A stretch of 64,000 nucleotides of DNA from NCBI GenBank assembly GCA_964640635.1, contig CAZXFD010000001.1, forward strand, positions 17,273 through 81,272, written 5' to 3'. The stretch comes from an uncultured Gammaproteobacteria bacterium (lineage in GTDB: Bacteria; Patescibacteriota; Patescibacteriia; UBA1558; S5-K13). The notes beneath the pieces were generated by a model that ran no database searches, was not told where the DNA came from, and worked only from the letters and a program-made list of their open reading frames with translations. Below are positions 20,799 to 30,841 of this stretch, piece after piece (the stretch's first letter is position 1; every line of letters begins with the position of its first letter). The position numbers were made by a program, and so were the translations under genes.

Positions 20799-21515
20799 AT
20801 GAATTACATCGACATTATAATTTTGGTAATCCTAGCCTTTTTTATATTTGGAGGCTTGAAAAAGGGATTGGTTAGATCTGTGGGCGGAATTTTGGGTATT
20901 TTTGTAGCTATTTATTTTTCTATACATTTTTACCATGGATTTGCTTCGTGGCTCGAAAATACATTTAGCTTTTTTTCTGGAACAGTAGCGGACATAGTTT
21001 CTTTAATTTTGTTGTTCATATTAATAAATGCTATATTTTCTGTTTTGATTTATTTTGTAGATAAAATTTTCTCATTACCAATTCTTAATTTTTTCAATCA
21101 TTTATTTGGAGCTATATTTGGACTTGTTGAAGGTGCTCTTTTGATAGCAATTTTATTATTGATTTTAGCTCGCTTCGGAGTGGGTGCAGATATGTTTGAA
21201 AATTCAAAAGTGACCCCTTATGCTGAAAAATTTACAACTATAATAAGTCCACTTTTGCCAAAGGATTTAAAACAGGTATCTATTTCTAATTTTTTGGAAA
21301 ACTCGTGGATAAATAATTTGAAAGAGTCCATAGCTAATTTACCAAGAGATATAAAAAGTGTTGATGATTTATCTAATTATCTAAAAGAGAACGTGGGGCT
21401 TAGCGAAAGCGTTATACAAGATATAAAAAATACTCAGTTTAAGGGAAAAACAAATTTGACTGTTGAAGAAATAAAAATAAAGCTCCAAGATTATTTAGAA
21501 AGTATTAAGCAATAG
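20799..21515 (+). CDS. CvpA (colicin V production) family membrane protein
   Basis: 'MNYIDIIIL...GLKKGLV', 'N..FGAIFG', 'S...PY'. Confidence 0.8.
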   Translation: MNYIDIIILVILAFFIFGGLKKGLVRSVGGILGIFVAIYFSIHFYHGFASWLENTFSFFSGTVADIVSLILLFILINAIFSVLIYFVDKIFSLPILNFFNHLFGAIFGLVEGALLIAILLLILARFGVGADMFENSKVTPYAEKFTTIISPLLPKDLKQVSISNFLENSWINNLKESIANLPRDIKSVDDLSNYLKENVGLSESVIQDIKNTQFKGKTNLTVEEIKIKLQDYLESIKQ

Positions 21516-21531
21516 ATTTTAATATAGCCAT

Positions 21532-22347
21532 ATGTTAATAGACACTCATGCACATTTGAACTTTGAGGCATACGACAGCGATCTAGAGGATGTTGTTAAA
21601 AGATGCATTGACTTTCCTATGATGGTGATAAATGTAGGATCACAGTTTGATACATCAAAAAAAGCCGTAGAGCTTTCAAAGCATAAAAATTTTTATAGCT
21701 CATTAGGACTTCATCCAATACATGTATTTGATGAAGATTTTATTTTGGAAGATTATCAAACTTTGATTGATGACAACACTTCGACTTCGCTCAGTGCGTA
21801 TTCGCAAGTTGTTGCGATAGGAGAAACAGGTTTAGATTATTTTCATATAAAAGAAAAATCTATTCCAATTGATGAGGTTATAAAAAAACAAAAAGATATT
21901 TTTATATGTCATATTGATTTAGCACGACAAAATAATTTACCGCTTATTTTGCACGGTAGAAATTCGCAGGAATTAAATACGTGTTATAGGGATATTTTTA
22001 GGATATTAAAATCAGAGGATTATTTTAGCGGTGTCGTTCATTGCTTTGGAGGAGGCGTTGACGAGGCAAGGGTAGCTCTAAATTTAGAATTATATATTGG
22101 ATTTACTGGTATAATTACATTTCCAAAGGCAGAAGATTTACGTGAGGTTGTAAAATTTGTGCCACTTGATAGAATACTCATAGAAACAGATTCTCCATAT
22201 TTAGCCCCTCAAGCAGTAAGGGGCCAAAGAAATGAGCCTATTTATGTAGAAGAAGTAGCAAAAGAAATAGCAAGGATTAAAGGGTTGGACGTAGAAGACG
22301 TGATAAATGCTACGTGGGAAAATGCAAAAAATCTTTTTAAAATTTAA
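21532..22347 (+). CDS. tatD: TatD family DNase
   Basis: IDTHAH, GLHP, AIGETGLDY, ETDSPYLAP. Confidence 0.94.
   Translation: MLIDTHAHLNFEAYDSDLEDVVKRCIDFPMMVINVGSQFDTSKKAVELSKHKNFYSSLGLHPIHVFDEDFILEDYQTLIDDNTSTSLSAYSQVVAIGETGLDYFHIKEKSIPIDEVIKKQKDIFICHIDLARQNNLPLILHGRNSQELNTCYRDIFRILKSEDYFSGVVHCFGGGVDEARVALNLELYIGFTGIITFPKAEDLREVVKFVPLDRILIETDSPYLAPQAVRGQRNEPIYVEEVAKEIARIKGLDVEDVINATWENAKNLFKI
21777..21796 (+). repeat. REP-like palindrome inside tatD
   Basis: cacttcgacttcgctcagtg; same core as the intergenic copy at 24967-24986. Confidence 0.65.
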
Positions 22348-22358
22348 TTTAAAAACAT

Positions 22359-23393
22359 ATGCTAAACTATATTATATTAATATTGCTCGTCGTTCTTATA
22401 GGAATGATTTTTGTTTTATTAAAGAAAAAAGATATTGCAAAAGATGATCAATCATTTTTAATGCTTCAAGGTCAGCTAAATGAAATGAGTAAGACGCTGG
22501 ACTCAAAACTTAATGATTCAAATCAAATGATTCATTCAAAGATGACAGAGAGTCTAGATATTGTAAAAAACGTTACCCAAAGCCTCACAAAACTTGATGA
22601 GACAAATAAGCAAGTAATGGGATTTGCGCAGCAACTTCAATCATTAGAAAATATTTTGAAAAATCCAAAACAACGTGGAATTCTTGGTGAGTATTATTTG
22701 GAAACAGTTTTGAAAAATGTGCTTCCACCAAATTCCTATCAAATGCAATACAAATTTAACAATGGAGAAATAGTCGATGCTGTAGTATTTGCAAAAGAAG
22801 GAATTATTCCAATTGATTCAAAATTTTCTCTAGAAAATTACAATAAAATACTAGACGCTCGAGATGATGGAGAAAAAGAAACTTTAGAGAAACTATTTAA
22901 GCAGGATTTGAAAAATCGTATTGATGAGACAAGTAAATATATTAGACCAAAAGAAAAAACAATGGAATTTGCTTTTATGTTTATTCCATCCGAAGCAATT
23001 TATTATGACTTACTTGTAAACAAAGTTGGTGCAGTAAAAGTAAATACAAGAGATTTAATTGAGTATGCATTCCGCGAAAGAAAAGTAATTATTGTTTCTC
23101 CTACTACATTTTTGGCATATTTGCAGACTGTCATGCAAGGCCTTCGCGCCTTAAAGATAGAGGAGTCTGTAAAAGATATTTTGAAACATGTCTCAAATTT
23201 ACAAAATCATATAATAAGCTATGAGGAATATTTGAAAAAGCTGGGCAATAATCTTGGCACAACAGTAAACATGTATAATAGTGCTTATAAAGAATTTGGA
23301 AAAATTGATAAAGATGTTGTAAAAATTACAGGCAAGGAAACAAAAATAGAGCCAGAGCTTATTGATAAGCCAAAAACAAGTGATGAAGCATAA
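22359..23393 (+). CDS. rmuC: DNA recombination protein RmuC
   Basis: N-terminal TM, coiled coil, 'KQRGILGE', 'IDSKF', 'FMFIPSE', 'SPTT'. Confidence 0.92.
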   Translation: MLNYIILILLVVLIGMIFVLLKKKDIAKDDQSFLMLQGQLNEMSKTLDSKLNDSNQMIHSKMTESLDIVKNVTQSLTKLDETNKQVMGFAQQLQSLENILKNPKQRGILGEYYLETVLKNVLPPNSYQMQYKFNNGEIVDAVVFAKEGIIPIDSKFSLENYNKILDARDDGEKETLEKLFKQDLKNRIDETSKYIRPKEKTMEFAFMFIPSEAIYYDLLVNKVGAVKVNTRDLIEYAFRERKVIIVSPTTFLAYLQTVMQGLRALKIEESVKDILKHVSNLQNHIISYEEYLKKLGNNLGTTVNMYNSAYKEFGKIDKDVVKITGKETKIEPELIDKPKTSDEA

Positions 23394-23423
23394 AGAATGA
23401 AGGATAAAGTACGTTGATTTAAA

Positions 23424-23455
23424 ATAAAAAACGCCTGGTTATTGACCGGGCGTTT
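23424..23455. terminator. Bidirectional terminator between convergent genes
   Basis: aaaaaacgcctggt...accgggcgttt. Confidence 0.7.
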
Positions 23456-23476
23456 ATAATTAACGAAGAAAGTTTT

Positions 23477-23776
23477 TTACTTAGCTATTTTCTCAACATC
23501 GATTTCTATAGAAATTTTTGGTGATGATTTTGGGATGGTATAGATTGAAATGGTTTGACCATCATTTTGGCCAACGTTTTTATGACTTAGAATAAGCAAG
23601 CGATCATCCAATATTTTTAGGGTTAGAATGACTGGCTTTGGATTTTCTTTGCTTCTATTCATTTTATTCAAAAGAGTTGCATAATTATCAAATTGCTCTT
23701 TTGAAACTACGGAGTTGAGTATTTCTTCACCACTAGAATAAATTATGATTTTATATGTGCGCACTTTAGCACTCAT
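23477..23776 (-). CDS. Orphan hypothetical protein
   Basis: ORF with G-rich SD, upstream TTGACA and a downstream terminator. Confidence 0.55.
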   Translation of the reverse strand: MSAKVRTYKIIIYSSGEEILNSVVSKEQFDNYATLLNKMNRSKENPKPVILTLKILDDRLLILSHKNVGQNDGQTISIYTIPKSSPKISIEIDVEKIAK

Positions 23777-23890
23777 GGGACCCCCTATTTTTTTATTAAT
23801 TTACTATAGCTTATTGGTTTTGTGTTTATTTGTCAATAAAGTGATAGATATAAAAAACCACCAAGTCATTTGACTCAGCGGTTATAATAT

Positions 23891-24220
23891 TTACATTTGA
23901 CATTGTGCGCCTTGATGACACAGATTTTTTCTTTTACAGCTCTCTTTGCATTGTGCGTGTTCCGGATCTCCAAAGAGATGCGGTATTTCTTCTTCGGTAA
24001 CGGCAACTTGTTTATTGCCAGGATGACCGAAAATTAACACAAAATATCTTTTGTCATCTTTATCAAAGAATGCAGTTTCTTGTCTTGCTTTTTCTATGAT
24101 GTCAGACACAGTTACATTTGTGAGATGGTTGATGATGATACAACTTTTTGCACCAAGCTCTTGGAAGTTTTGAGCAGCTGATTCAATTCGCATTTGTTCC
24201 TCCTCAATCTTATGATTCAC
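23891..24220 (-). CDS. Orphan hypothetical protein (Cys/His-rich C-terminus)
   Basis: Third ORF of an overlapping minus-strand run, followed by a hairpin at about 23852-23883. Confidence 0.5.
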   Translation of the reverse strand: MNHKIEEEQMRIESAAQNFQELGAKSCIIINHLTNVTVSDIIEKARQETAFFDKDDKRYFVLIFGHPGNKQVAVTEEEIPHLFGDPEHAQCKESCKRKNLCHQGAQCQM

Positions 24221-24503
24221 ATGGTTGTGGGAATTTTACATTTATTGGCCAAAAATTTTGGGGATTACAGGGGTTTGTTTCCACCTCTTTTATAAAGGCT
24301 ATTGGTGGAATAATTCTTTTTTCAGTATGGAAAATTTGGTAATGTTTCAAACTTTCATCGTGACATTGAATGCGGACAACCTTTCCGATTTGTAAATCGT
24401 CTATATAACACTCAGATATTCCAATTAGCACTTGATTTTGTTTGGAAAAATCAGTTTTTGAATCGTAGCGTTGTTTAACAAATTCCACTGCTTGAATGTT
24501 CAT
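24210..24503 (-). CDS. Orphan hypothetical protein
   Basis: AGGAG SD; overlaps both neighbours in operon fashion. Confidence 0.5.
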   Translation of the reverse strand: MNIQAVEFVKQRYDSKTDFSKQNQVLIGISECYIDDLQIGKVVRIQCHDESLKHYQIFHTEKRIIPPIAFIKEVETNPCNPQNFWPINVKFPQPCES

Positions 24504-24870
24504 ATTCTCTCCTAGATTTTTTTGATATTTTTTTGTTTTTCGATATTACTTGATTTGCTATATGATACAAAAACCCATTTAGATTAGAAGCAATCAAATC
24601 TTTTTTGATTTTATCTATCTTTGCTTTTTGTAATAAAAATCTTACGTGAGGCTCTATGCACTCCGCAATAAATATCATTTGACTCCCTTCATCATCTTTT
24701 AAAAGGTGAATGTTTGGAATAAGACTTTTTATGACATTATTGGATGTAAAGAGTTGAAGTTCTTTAGATATATCTTCAAACAAACCACTAAGATTTTCTT
24801 CTCGTATCTCACAATCAAAATTACAATTAAAACATTTTTGATCGCATTTTATAAGTCTTTTGTCTAGCAT
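24475..24870 (-). CDS. Orphan hypothetical protein with N-terminal Cys cluster
   Basis: AGGAGG SD; TTGACA-N17-TATCAT promoter at 24901-24929; CxxxCxxCxxxC. Confidence 0.55.
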   Translation of the reverse strand: MLDKRLIKCDQKCFNCNFDCEIREENLSGLFEDISKELQLFTSNNVIKSLIPNIHLLKDDEGSQMIFIAECIEPHVRFLLQKAKIDKIKKDLIASNLNGFLYHIANQVISKNKKISKKSRREYEHSSSGIC

Positions 24871-24957
24871 ATATCCTCCTAATTTATAACTATTTAAAGA
24901 ATGATAATCTTTTTTTTATTTTCTGTCAATTCTCGCTTGTTAGAGTACGGTGTAATT

Positions 24958-24993
24958 AAAAAAGCACCCTTCGACTTTGCTCAGGGCGCTTTT
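24958..24993 (-). terminator. hppA terminator built on a REP-like palindrome
   Basis: aaaaaagcacccttcgactttgctcagggcgctttt. Confidence 0.7.
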
Positions 24994-25004
24994 CTGTTTG
25001 AAAA

Positions 25005-26996
25005 TTATATAAGTAGTCCTATTATAAGAAGCGCAACAATATTAACAATTTTTATCATAGGATTAATTGCAGGTCCTGCTGTATCCTTGTAAGGATCTCC
25101 AACCGTGTCTCCTGTTACAGCGGCTTTGTGAGCATCAGAGCCTTTTCCGCCATGATTTCCAAGTTCTATATATTTTTTAGCATTATCCCAAGCACCTCCT
25201 CCAGATGTCATAGAAATTGCTACAAATATTCCAGTAATAATTGTTCCCATTAAAAGTCCTCCAAGAGCAGGCACGCCAAGTATAAAGCCAACAAGTATTG
25301 GAGCAAGTACTGGAATAAGAGATGGAACTATCATTTCTCTAATAGCAGATTTTGTAACAATATCAACAGTTCTACCATAATCTGGTTTTTCTGTGTTTAG
25401 CATTATCCCTGGTTTTTCTTTGAACTGTGCCCGGACGTCTTCTACTACCGCTCCTGCTGCACGTCCTACTGCTTGCATTGATAGAGCACCAAAGTAGTAT
25501 GGTAGAAGTCCACCAAGAAATAATCCTATTAGAACATATGGATCGTTGATTAAAAATTGAACACCATTTGCACTTTGAGAAAAATCTGCAAATAATACTA
25601 GGGAGGCTAGAGCAGCGCTACCAATAGCATAGCCTTTTGTAACTGCCTTTGTGGTATTTCCAACAGCATCTAGTGGGTCTGTAATATTTCGGACATCATC
25701 TCCTAGTTCTGCCATTTCTGCGATTCCACCAGCATTGTCAGTAATAGGACCATAAGCATCAATAGTAACAATAATTCCAGCCATTGAAAGCATCGAAACT
25801 GCTGCAATAGCAATTCCATATAATCCCGCTAGAGAATATGCACCAAGAATAGCAAGGACAATTGCAATAATAGGAAGTCCCGTAGATTTCATAGAAACTG
25901 CAAGTCCTGCAATTACATTTGTGCCATGTCCTGTTTCAGACGCTTTTGCAATTTGTTTTACTGGAGCGTATTTTGTTGAAGTAAAATATTCTGTAATGAC
26001 TACAAGAGCACCAGTAACTAATAGTCCAATAATAGAAGCTAAATACAAATTCATCACACTATATTTTCCATTATCTTTCATTACCCAATTTATGACAGGA
26101 TAAAATGCAATCGCAGAAAGAACTCCTGCTGCAATAAGGCCTTTGTAAAGAGCCATCATGATATTTTGGGATTTTCCAAGTCTGATAAAATAAATTCCTA
26201 TTATTGATGCAATAATTGAAACAGCACCAAGAATAAGTGGGAATAATATATACATTTCATTTGATCTACCAAATGTCAAAACCCCAAGAATCATTGCTGC
26301 AATTGAAGTAACGGCATATGTTTCAAAAAGGTCTGCGGCCATTCCAGCACAATCTCCTACGTTATCACCAACATTGTCAGCAATTACAGCAGGGTTTCTT
26401 GGATCATCTTCTGGAATTCCTGCTTCAACTTTTCCAACGAGATCTGCGCCTACATCAGCGGCTTTTGTAAATATTCCGCCTCCAAGTCTAGCAAATATAG
26501 AAATAAGAGATCCTCCAAATCCAAATCCAATTAAAGCATGGATATCACGAGTTATAAGATAAAATCCTGCAGTTCCAAGAAGTGCAAGTCCTACAACAAG
26601 CATTCCAGTAATACTTCCGCCTTTTACAGCAACACCAAGCGCTTTTTTCATGCTGGTTTTTGCAGCTTCAGTAGTTGTGACATTTGCACGAACCGAGATG
26701 TTCATTCCAATATATCCAGTAAGAGCAGATAGTATCGCACCTATTATAAATGCAGTAGCAGTAGTCCATCCAAGACTTGGTACAAATCCAATAATTATAA
26801 ATAGTGGTATTGCCACCATAAACACTGTTTTGTATTGTCTGTTTAAAAATGCTTTTGCACCCGCTTGAATAGCATGAGCAATTTCTTGCATTTTTTCATT
26901 GCCTTTTGGAAGCTTAAGAATTGATCTAATTGAAATTGCCCCATATAGTATTGCTACTAGAGCACTTCCAATTATCAGAATTGAAGTGATTTCCAT
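25005..26996 (-). CDS. hppA: Membrane-integral ion-translocating pyrophosphatase, K+-independent H+-PPase type
   Basis: [30 protein letters not shown]; GNTTKA (Lys) signature. Confidence 0.96.
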   Translation of the reverse strand: MEITSILIIGSALVAILYGAISIRSILKLPKGNEKMQEIAHAIQAGAKAFLNRQYKTVFMVAIPLFIIIGFVPSLGWTTATAFIIGAILSALTGYIGMNISVRANVTTTEAAKTSMKKALGVAVKGGSITGMLVVGLALLGTAGFYLITRDIHALIGFGFGGSLISIFARLGGGIFTKAADVGADLVGKVEAGIPEDDPRNPAVIADNVGDNVGDCAGMAADLFETYAVTSIAAMILGVLTFGRSNEMYILFPLILGAVSIIASIIGIYFIRLGKSQNIMMALYKGLIAAGVLSAIAFYPVINWVMKDNGKYSVMNLYLASIIGLLVTGALVVITEYFTSTKYAPVKQIAKASETGHGTNVIAGLAVSMKSTGLPIIAIVLAILGAYSLAGLYGIAIAAVSMLSMAGIIVTIDAYGPITDNAGGIAEMAELGDDVRNITDPLDAVGNTTKAVTKGYAIGSAALASLVLFADFSQSANGVQFLINDPYVLIGLFLGGLLPYYFGALSMQAVGRAAGAVVEDVRAQFKEKPGIMLNTEKPDYGRTVDIVTKSAIREMIVPSLIPVLAPILVGFILGVPALGGLLMGTIITGIFVAISMTSGGGAWDNAKKYIELGNHGGKGSDAHKAAVTGDTVGDPYKDTAGPAINPMIKIVNIVALLIIGLLI

Positions 26997-27136
26997 AATC
27001 AGTTATTTATTAATGTTTAGTTATAAAATAAGCCTTTATAGGCTCTTATACATAAATATAGCGAAAAATGGGCTAAAATGCAAGAATAGGTATAAGGGGT
27101 GGGGGTAGGGTGTAATGATAAATAATATCATATTTT

Positions 27137-27165
27137 TTGACTAGCCTCTTTAAAAAGGCTAAAAT
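27137..27165 (+). promoter_or_regulatory. Sigma70-type promoter giving a probably leaderless NYN mRNA
   Basis: TTGACT-N17-TAAAAT, ATG 7 nt downstream of the -10. Confidence 0.6.
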
Positions 27166-27171
27166 GAGGAT

Positions 27172-27675
27172 ATGTTAAAAAAACAAAATAATATAGGATT
27201 TATTGATGGCCAAAACTTGAATATGGGGATTAAGAATTTGGGCTGGTCACTAGATTTTAAGAAATTTAGAGTTTATTTAAGAGAAAAGTATTCTGTTCAA
27301 ACGGCATATATTTTTATTGGATATGTTCCTTCAAATCAAGATTTATATTCATCCTTACAAAAGGATGGCTATGTACTTGTTTTCAAACCGACCATTCCAG
27401 ATCAAGATGGAAATCTCAAGGGAAATGTAGACGCAGACCTTGTTTTACATGTAATGCTTGAATATAATAATTTCAATAAAGCGATTATCGTAACAAGTGA
27501 CGGAGATTATTATTCTCTTATCAAGCATCTATATAAAAACAAAAAATTAGAAAAAGTTATTAGTCCTCATATAAACACTTGTTCAAGTCTTTTGAAAAAA
27601 GAAGCAAAAAACAAGATTATCTTTATAAATAACTTAAAGAGAAAATTAGAGTATAAAAAGAAAAATACCGCCTAA
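27172..27675 (+). CDS. NYN domain (LabA/DUF88, PIN-like) ribonuclease
   Basis: FIDGQNL, KGNVDADL, TSDGDY catalytic aspartates. Confidence 0.9.
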   Translation: MLKKQNNIGFIDGQNLNMGIKNLGWSLDFKKFRVYLREKYSVQTAYIFIGYVPSNQDLYSSLQKDGYVLVFKPTIPDQDGNLKGNVDADLVLHVMLEYNNFNKAIIVTSDGDYYSLIKHLYKNKKLEKVISPHINTCSSLLKKEAKNKIIFINNLKRKLEYKKKNTA

Positions 27676-27712
27676 AGACGGAACATTAGGAGGTATTTTT
27701 CATGTGTATTCT
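27655..27712 (-). ncRNA. Putative small antisense RNA overlapping the NYN 3' end
   Basis: Minus-strand TTGACA-N16-TATAAT (27746-27719) upstream of hairpin aaaaatacc.cctaa...ttagg.ggtattttt and a U tract. Confidence 0.35.
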
Positions 27713-27739
27713 AAAGTTATTATATCAAATAAATTTACT

Positions 27740-30712
27740 ATGTCAATAACAGATAAAATAAAGGTTAATGCACAGCAAAAAATAGCTATAGAGCACGGAA
27801 ATGGTCCACTTCTAATAGTTGCAGGAGCTGGAACTGGAAAGACAACTGTGCTTACTCAGCGCGTTTTGCATTTGATAGAATCTGAAAATTTAGCACCTGA
27901 TGAAATATTAGCGCTTACCTTTACTGAAAAAGCGGCAGCAGAAATGCAAGATAGAATTGATAGAGAGCTTCCATTTGGCTATGGTGATCTGTGGGTAATG
28001 ACATTTCATTCTTTTGCTCAGAAAATTTTGGAGCGAGATGGAATAGATTTAGGGCTTCCAGCAAAGTTTAAGGTACTTGATGAGTCAGGCGCTTTTATGA
28101 TGATGAGGAAAAATCTAGACAGATTTGATCTAGACTATTATAAGCCACTTGGAAATCCATCAAAATTTATAAAAGAATTATTAAAACATTTTTCTCGTTG
28201 TAAAGATGAGCTTATTTCTCCACAAGAATATTTGGACTATGCTCAAAAGTTAAGGTTAAATAATGACAATAGTGATGATGAAGGTATTGATTTTGAAATA
28301 AAAAAAATAAGCGAGCTTGCAAGCGCTTATCATACGTATGAACAATTATTACTTGACAATGATTCATTAGACTTCGGAGATTTGATAACATATTGTATAA
28401 AACTTTTTAAAGAAAGGCCAAACATATTAAAAAAATACAGGGAATTGTTTAAATATATTTTGGTAGATGAATTTCAAGATACAAACTACGCTCAATATGA
28501 GCTTATCAAAATGCTAGCTCATCCAAAAAACAATATTACAGTAGTCGGAGACGATGATCAGAGTATCTATGCTTTTAGGGGCAGTTCTATGAATAATATT
28601 TTAGGATTTAAAAAAGACTACGGTGATGCAAAGGAGGTGCTTCTTACAAAAAATTATAGATCCGCACAGAATATATTAGATTTATCATATAATTTTATTC
28701 AGCAAAATAATCCCGAGAGACTTGAGATAAAATTGTCAGAGGGTATGCCGAGCGGGAAAAAACTTAGCAAGAAATTGGGTTCGCAAGTTGACTATGTTGG
28801 AGAAATTGCAGTAATTCAAGGAAGTGATGAAAATGATGAGGCTAGAAAAATAATAGAAAAAATATATGAAATTTTGAAAGTTGATACAGATAATTTGAGT
28901 TGGAATGATTTTGCGATATTAACTCGCGCAAATGCATCTGCAAAGCCTATTATTGGAGCATTAAAGAGTGCTAATATACCATATCAGTATATTGCTTCAA
29001 GTGGATTGTACGAAAAAGAAATTATAGTTGATATTGTTTCATATTTACGACTTTTGGATAATTATCATGAATCTTCGGCTATGTGGCGAGTATTGAATTT
29101 TAGGTTTTGGCAAATACCGACAAGAGATGCAGTGAACATTTCTCATATGGCAAGAAAGAAATCGATTTCTATTTATGAAATTATAAGAAATCCTAGGGTG
29201 TATTTGAAATTATCTAGTGATACAGAAAAAAAATTAAAAACAATTAATGAATTAATAGAAAAACACACTGATCTTGCACTCAAAGAAAATATTTGGGCTA
29301 TTGTCTGGACGTTTTTAAATGATAGTGGATACTTAAAATGGATTGACTCTCAGGATGAATTTCAAAAGCAAGAAATTTTTAGCTACTTAAATCAGTTTTA
29401 CAAGAAGATACAATTATTTATAAGAGAAAGCGATAGTATAAATGTAAAAGATTTTTTGATATTTTTTGATATGGAACTTGAGTCAGGAGATAGTGGAAAG
29501 CTTACAAGTGATGTAGATGATGGTCCAGAGGGAATAAAAGTTATGACAGTTCATGGTGCAAAGGGACTTGAATTCAAATATGTTTTTATAATTTGTCTTG
29601 TGGATAAAAGATTTCCAAGTATGGAAAGAGGAGAGGCAATTTCAATACCAGATAAGCTTATAAGAGAAGTTATCCCAGGTGGCGATGTTCATTTGCAAGA
29701 AGAAAGACGCTTGTTCTATGTTGCAATGACGAGAGCAAAAAAAGGCCTTTATTTTACATGGGCACTTGATTATGGTGGAACAAGGGAAAAAAAGCCATCA
29801 AGATTTTTGCATGAATTAGAGCTTATAAAAATAGAAGAAGAGTTCATTCGTGAGAATAAAAATGTGTTTTTATCTGGCGTGTTTGAAGATTTGAGTGATG
29901 AGACAATTCGCAAAGAAGATTTCAAAAAACTTTTACCAAAACAATATTCATTTTCTCAACTCAAAGCTTATGAGACTTGTCCAAGACAATATTATTATTC
30001 TCATATATTGAAAATACCGGTAAGTGGTAAGGGTCAATTTAGTTATGGAAAGACAATGCATCTAGTTTTGCAGAAATTTTTTCAGCTTTATTTACTTCGT
30101 AAAAATAATAATCAGTCGAGCTTGTTTGAATCTAATAAAAAAAATAATTCTGAAGATAAAGTTTTTGTATCACGTGAAGAACTCTTCAAGCTTTATGAGG
30201 AAAGTTGGCAAGAGGATTGGTTTTTGGATGACACTACAAAGCAAAAATATTGGGAAATGGGTAGAGTGACTCTTGAAGAGTTTTATTCTGAGATAAAGGC
30301 TAACATGCCAAAAGTAAAATATTTAGAGAAAGGATTTAATTTTAAAGTAGATAATTATAGCTTTAAGGGTGAGATAGATAGAGTGGATGAAGTAAGTGGA
30401 GGAGTAGAAATCATTGACTATAAGACGGGGGAGCCAAAGGAAAAATTGTCTTTTGAAGACAAGGAACAATTATTTATTTATCAAATGGCGTATGAAGAAA
30501 TATTCAAAGAAAAAGTGGTCAATCTAAAATTTTATTATCTAAACAATGGAACAGAAGTAAATTTTATAGCCAAAGAAAAAGATATAATCAAAATAAAAGA
30601 AAAATTACTAAAATCAATAGAAGGAATAAATAGTTGTAATTTTAGTGCAAACCCAAATTCTTTTATTTGCAAATATTGTGATTTTAAAAATATCTGCCCA
30701 TTTAAGGAATGA
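27740..30712 (+). CDS. UvrD/PcrA-like SF1 helicase fused to PD-(D/E)XK nuclease with probable Fe-S cluster (AddA/AdnAB-like)
   Basis: AGAGTGKT, LVDEFQD, TVHGAKGLEF, EERRLFYVAMTRA; GEIDRVD..IIDYKTG; CP...CxxCxxxxxC. Confidence 0.9.
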   Translation: MSITDKIKVNAQQKIAIEHGNGPLLIVAGAGTGKTTVLTQRVLHLIESENLAPDEILALTFTEKAAAEMQDRIDRELPFGYGDLWVMTFHSFAQKILERDGIDLGLPAKFKVLDESGAFMMMRKNLDRFDLDYYKPLGNPSKFIKELLKHFSRCKDELISPQEYLDYAQKLRLNNDNSDDEGIDFEIKKISELASAYHTYEQLLLDNDSLDFGDLITYCIKLFKERPNILKKYRELFKYILVDEFQDTNYAQYELIKMLAHPKNNITVVGDDDQSIYAFRGSSMNNILGFKKDYGDAKEVLLTKNYRSAQNILDLSYNFIQQNNPERLEIKLSEGMPSGKKLSKKLGSQVDYVGEIAVIQGSDENDEARKIIEKIYEILKVDTDNLSWNDFAILTRANASAKPIIGALKSANIPYQYIASSGLYEKEIIVDIVSYLRLLDNYHESSAMWRVLNFRFWQIPTRDAVNISHMARKKSISIYEIIRNPRVYLKLSSDTEKKLKTINELIEKHTDLALKENIWAIVWTFLNDSGYLKWIDSQDEFQKQEIFSYLNQFYKKIQLFIRESDSINVKDFLIFFDMELESGDSGKLTSDVDDGPEGIKVMTVHGAKGLEFKYVFIICLVDKRFPSMERGEAISIPDKLIREVIPGGDVHLQEERRLFYVAMTRAKKGLYFTWALDYGGTREKKPSRFLHELELIKIEEEFIRENKNVFLSGVFEDLSDETIRKEDFKKLLPKQYSFSQLKAYETCPRQYYYSHILKIPVSGKGQFSYGKTMHLVLQKFFQLYLLRKNNNQSSLFESNKKNNSEDKVFVSREELFKLYEESWQEDWFLDDTTKQKYWEMGRVTLEEFYSEIKANMPKVKYLEKGFNFKVDNYSFKGEIDRVDEVSGGVEIIDYKTGEPKEKLSFEDKEQLFIYQMAYEEIFKEKVVNLKFYYLNNGTEVNFIAKEKDIIKIKEKLLKSIEGINSCNFSANPNSFICKYCDFKNICPFKE

Positions 30713-30835
30713 CAAATATCAAATTTTCAATTTCAAATCAATATCAAATGACAAATAATTAATATCAAAATTATTAAATATTTGAAATTTTGATTTTGAA
30801 ATTGACTAGTCATTGGATATTTGAAATTTGAAATT
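30708..30835. repeat. 7-nt-period repeat with two complementary arms
   Basis: AATGACA/AATATCA/AATTTCA units, then TGAAATT-type units. Confidence 0.7.
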
Positions 30836-30841
30836 AAATTT

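Noticed and set aside
23766-23774. Second CIRCE (TTAGCACTC)
   Set aside because: Half site only; it is the reverse complement of the first codons of an ORF
30821-30841. TTG-start extension MKFEIKF of the DUF721 gene
   Set aside because: It is a translation of the heptamer repeat arm; ATG 30842 is more plausible
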